A stretch of DNA of 54,261 bases, counting the filler, from Streblomastix strix (lineage: Eukaryota), in NCBI GenBank assembly GCA_008636045.1. It is 3 parts of 3 records of this genome, joined end to end, with 100 filler letters (N's around TTAATTAATTAA, not from the genome) between each part and the next. Parts side by side here need not be neighbours in the genome. Positions count along the whole stretch, not along the records: positions 36,250 to 54,261 come from SNRW01000648.1; 2 more parts are not named here. One strand, 5' to 3'. Within the stretch, counting starts at the first letter, position 1; each line of letters opens with the position of its first letter. Positions 50,289 through 54,261 of this stretch are shown here, piece after piece. The notes beneath the pieces were generated by a model that worked only from the letters and a program-made list of their open reading frames with translations, did no database searches and was not told the origin of the DNA. Made by a program: the position numbers and the translations under genes.

Positions 50289-51431
50289 TTTGTGGATGTT
50301 GCTTATGGGCGGAACAATCCCAATAATAGAAATTAATTCTAAAAAAGAATTTTAGAATAAATTTGCATGAAATTATATGATTTCTTACTAAAATTAATGC
50401 ATTTTTATCTATTTATATTTCATAAAATTTTATTTTAAATTTTAATTCAATTATTACAAAATCAAATAAATACAAACATTCACAATTTTTCTTCTAGCAA
50501 TTTTCTTATCAACAGCAGCTAAACTGTAACTTTAATAATTCTTGTGTCTGATAAGCAAAAATTTGGATATCAAATTCTTTAAATTAATTTAATAGTTTTA
50601 AATTATTTCTTAATCAAATTTCATGAAAGTTTGCAGTTATTTTTCAGAAATTATGTTAAAATCTTAATGAAATTATTTTTTATCGCGCTACCAATTAAAC
50701 AGACTCCAAAAGTTTTTCTTTAAGCATGTCAAAATTGACAAATAATTACTGTTTCTGTCTGTCTCTAATGTCCTTTTTCAAAAAAAATGTCCCTATTAAA
50801 ACACTACAAAAAAATATTTTAATTGTGATAGGAAGCAAATGAACTATTTATTATAAAAACTAAGAACAAAATATTTAATAATCATATATAATTATTTAAT
50901 TATAATACTATATAAATAATTAAATCAAATTTCGAAAGTAAATTCATTATATTATAAAATATTAATTTAAATCTAAAAAATCTATCCAATTGATCATCTC
51001 CAACTAAGGCAAATTTCATATCTGTTGAGTCAACGACTATATAAGCCAGTTCTTTATCTACTTATTATTCTTCACGAAGTTGCTTCCTATCAGATACATC
51101 AAAATGTTTAACAAATTGATTTAAGCCGTATGTAATGACTTGTGAGATGACTGGCAAATGGTCCAAACCTTGGAAGTTTGTTGTATTGATCATTTTCTTG
51201 AGACGAATGTAATGGTTAAGTTACTAATAATAATAACAAATGCGAATATAAAAGAATTATTAACTATATAATTATTAAAATATTTTTTTGACGATCAAAA
51301 TTATAGGAAAAATAAACCGCAGATCGCAAAGCCGTATTTGAAGCTGAATCAGGTACGCAAATATTGTTTCTTAAAAAATTTTAATAAAATTTTTTAAAAA
51401 TAAAATTTTTTAAAAATTTCATTTAACAGGA

Positions 51432-54261
51432 ATGATGCTTTCAAGTAAAATAAAACATCCGTCTCGTCCGCTCATTCCAGCGCTATGCATTGGAATTTTG
51501 TCTCTGATACTGATAGTTTGTAAAATGGCGCATTACTTTAGCTTCGTGCCTGATTAAGTTACACTGGAATATTGCATAAATTAAGAATTTGGGGAAAAAT
51601 TGAATAAATCAAGCGTTTCTGAACTATAGCTTTGTTCACAGTCACTATTTGCAACTGGTTCTTATACATACAATCATTTCTCCTTTGATAATCAAGTTAT
51701 TCTGCTTATTATATTAACATACTTTTTGATTATAACACGATTAATCCTATCAAACAATTCTCGTCACATCGTCACTTAAAAAACTAGTGTCAATCCATTA
51801 AAGTACAAAAGTGAACATTTTCTTCTTCTCTCTATCGTCATATATTATGCAACTCGTTCATTCTTTGATGCATCGGCTGTAACAACAGAAAAATCCAATT
51901 AAACATTTAATGGAGTTGGATTGGGGTAAATTGATTTGGATGGATCAGATGATGAATATATAATTACAAATTGTACTTTTGCAAACATTGAAAGCACAGT
52001 TAGTACTGCGTGCAGTTTGTAACTTTATATTGGAAATAGAGCAAAAGTCTATATTAATAACTGCTCATTCACAAACTGCAGAACTGAAAATGAAGGAGGT
52101 GCAATATGGCTAGACATCAGCTATGGAGGTAAATTAACCATAGATGGAATGTGCAGATTCAACGAATGCACTAGTTACTGTTATTACTGGACCGACTATG
52201 GAGGAGGAGCAATTATGTTATATATTTATGGGGAAGACTCACAGGCTATTCTTGAGGATGGGATTATATTTTATAGATGTTCTTCTCCTCTCATGGGTGG
52301 TGCTATCTTTCTCTTGATGAGTGAATTTGCAAATGTTACCTTTGGTTAGACTTTATTCCTTGACTGTTGGAGCGATTTAACCGGAGGAGCGATGTATTTA
52401 TGGTTCTCTGAATATGATACTAGTTACTTTCAAATTGAAGGTGATATAACATTTAGGGATTGCTCAAGTGGCGATTCTGGAGGTGGAATGTAAGTGTAAG
52501 TTTAGAATGATTTAGAAATAACTACATCACATACAGTATTATTTGACCACTGTTCATCAGTAAGAGGTGGATAACTCTCCATATATTCTGGCAATGAAGG
52601 AAAAGGAATTCGTTTGACTGGTGACATATAATTTAATTAGTGTCATAGCTTCGAATATTCAGGCGGATTACATATAGATTCATACTTTAGAGCTTTAATA
52701 GAAATTAGTAACTTCTCCTTTGATGGATGCACTAGCGAGTAATTTGCAGGTGGTACTGCTTCAGATTGTTATTTTGGAAGTTAGAATATAATAAGAGGAT
52801 TAACGATATAAAACTGTGTAACATCAGGGTATGGAGGTGGAATACTTCTATATGTTGATGGTTAATATTCAACCACGTAGGTAATAGATTTGATAATTAC
52901 TAATTGTTCCTCATAACAATATGCTGGTGGTATATTTATTGAAGTTCATGAAGAATCTTTGATCATATTTGAAGGGTTTTTCCATGTAACAAACTGCACT
53001 TCTTAAGAAGAAGGAGGAGGAATTTATGTATAAACATAGGGAATGCTTGCAGAGGTTGATATGACATCAGATCTGATCATTGATTCATGTACATCAATGA
53101 TGGATGGAGGAGGAATATATGTAAATTTATATGAAGAAGGAGAGATTATAATCAGAAACAAATGCAAATTAATCAATTGTAAAAGTGAAGATGGAAATGG
53201 AGGAGGATTATATATTCAAATTGACTTCTCAAAGATATACTAGTTCACTATAAATAACTTTTTGATAAAAGACTGTCAAGCAAAAGCAGATTAAACGCCT
53301 CCAACTGGCCCATACCCACCAGAAATTCCAACAGGATATGGAGGAGGAATCTTTCTTACTGGTATTGGAGATTATGATGTATCTTCAAGAGGATTAGACT
53401 TTAGAAATGTGAAGTTTCATAATAATAGTGCAGATAAAGGAGGATATAACTTGTTTGCTGCAATAACAAAAGTTGAAGAATGGTGTTTAATGGGAATTGC
53501 AGGTGAATATGTGAAAGGGAATTACATTGATTTTAAATCAGACAAAAATAAGCTCTAAGGAATTCCAATAGAATAAGACTTATTACGATATAATCCTGAT
53601 TTAGACATTGAAAGAGATAAATAGGATCTCGAAGACTATTGGAATGTGCCTTATGGATCAATCTGGCATGTATCAAATCGAGATGATGTTTCACCTTCAG
53701 GAAATGATCAAAATGGATGTGCATTAATAACCAATCCATGCAAAACAATTGAATATGCATTAGAATAAATATCGCTTGAAAAGGAATTATCTTATACAAC
53801 ACCAACGTCAGAAAAAAGGATTGGAATAACTTAAAACGGATTTGATTTAAATTCTCCAATATAATTCAAACCATCTACAAGTTATACCAATGTAATTAAG
53901 ATTATGAAATAATTATATAGAACATTAACACCAATGACTGAATAAGCAGAAATTAAAATTATTAAAGGCAGTTCTGAATCAACTGTAGAAGGTGGACATA
54001 AAGGATGGATATCAACTGCTTAAGAATTATAATTAAGAATATATGGAATCAAAATCATAACAGATTAATTCAAACTCACAATTCCAATTATCTACATTCA
54101 AGATACAAAGTCCATCTTGAAACTAGACACAGTAACATTCTCTGGAATATAATTATCACATGCGACCGAAGCTAAAGGAATTGTTCATATTAATGTTGAT
54201 AATTCATAATTTATTGCATAAAGTTGCATCTTCTAAAATATAGATATTGATTCTTAAGGAG
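51432..54261 (+). CDS. Host large surface protein with GGA(I/L) beta-helix (Pmp-like) repeats, cut by window end; probable 5' UTR intron ~51353-51429
   Basis: Frame continuous with supplied ORFs 52149 and 53043 under TAR=Gln; repeated F.NC.....GGAI; GYGGGIFLTG.GDYD; NPCKTIEYAL. Confidence 0.88.

Noticed and set aside
50980..51215. Minus-strand open stretch (IRLKKMINTTNFQGLDHLPV...)
   Set aside because: May be an orphan exon, but no start, stop or family could be assigned.

Overview
AT-rich eukaryotic DNA using a non-standard code (TAA/TAG = Gln, TGA = only stop). Together with the host gene families, this points to an oxymonad such as Streblomastix (inference). The supplied standard-code ORF track is therefore mostly fragments or antisense artefacts. 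The window is three ~18-kb contigs (1-18026, 18127-36149, 36250-54261) joined by 100-nt N linkers containing TTAATTAATTAA. Contig 1 is a nearly complete Polinton/Maverick-type endogenous virus. It has long TIRs, an rve integrase with a DD35D triad, a protein-primed PolB with an inserted endonuclease-VII/HNH domain, a truncated A32-like ATPase, a fibre-like repeat protein and an AEP primase-SF3 helicase, and it is inserted into a host surface-protein gene. Contig 2 holds a pPolB relic, a decayed DIRS retrotransposon with its ITR/ICR structure still readable, and three host genes. Contig 3 is a chimeric stack of two Polinton families followed by a host GGAI-repeat beta-helix gene. The most unusual signal is at the ends: both visible Polinton ends carry a ~265-bp terminal module bounded by an inverted copy of the AGTAGT terminus, and the two arms co-vary within each element. 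A modular cis-cassette (swappable GGGCAC or GTGTTCCGA repeats plus three CCAA boxes) also recurs in the TIRs and beside replication/integration genes.
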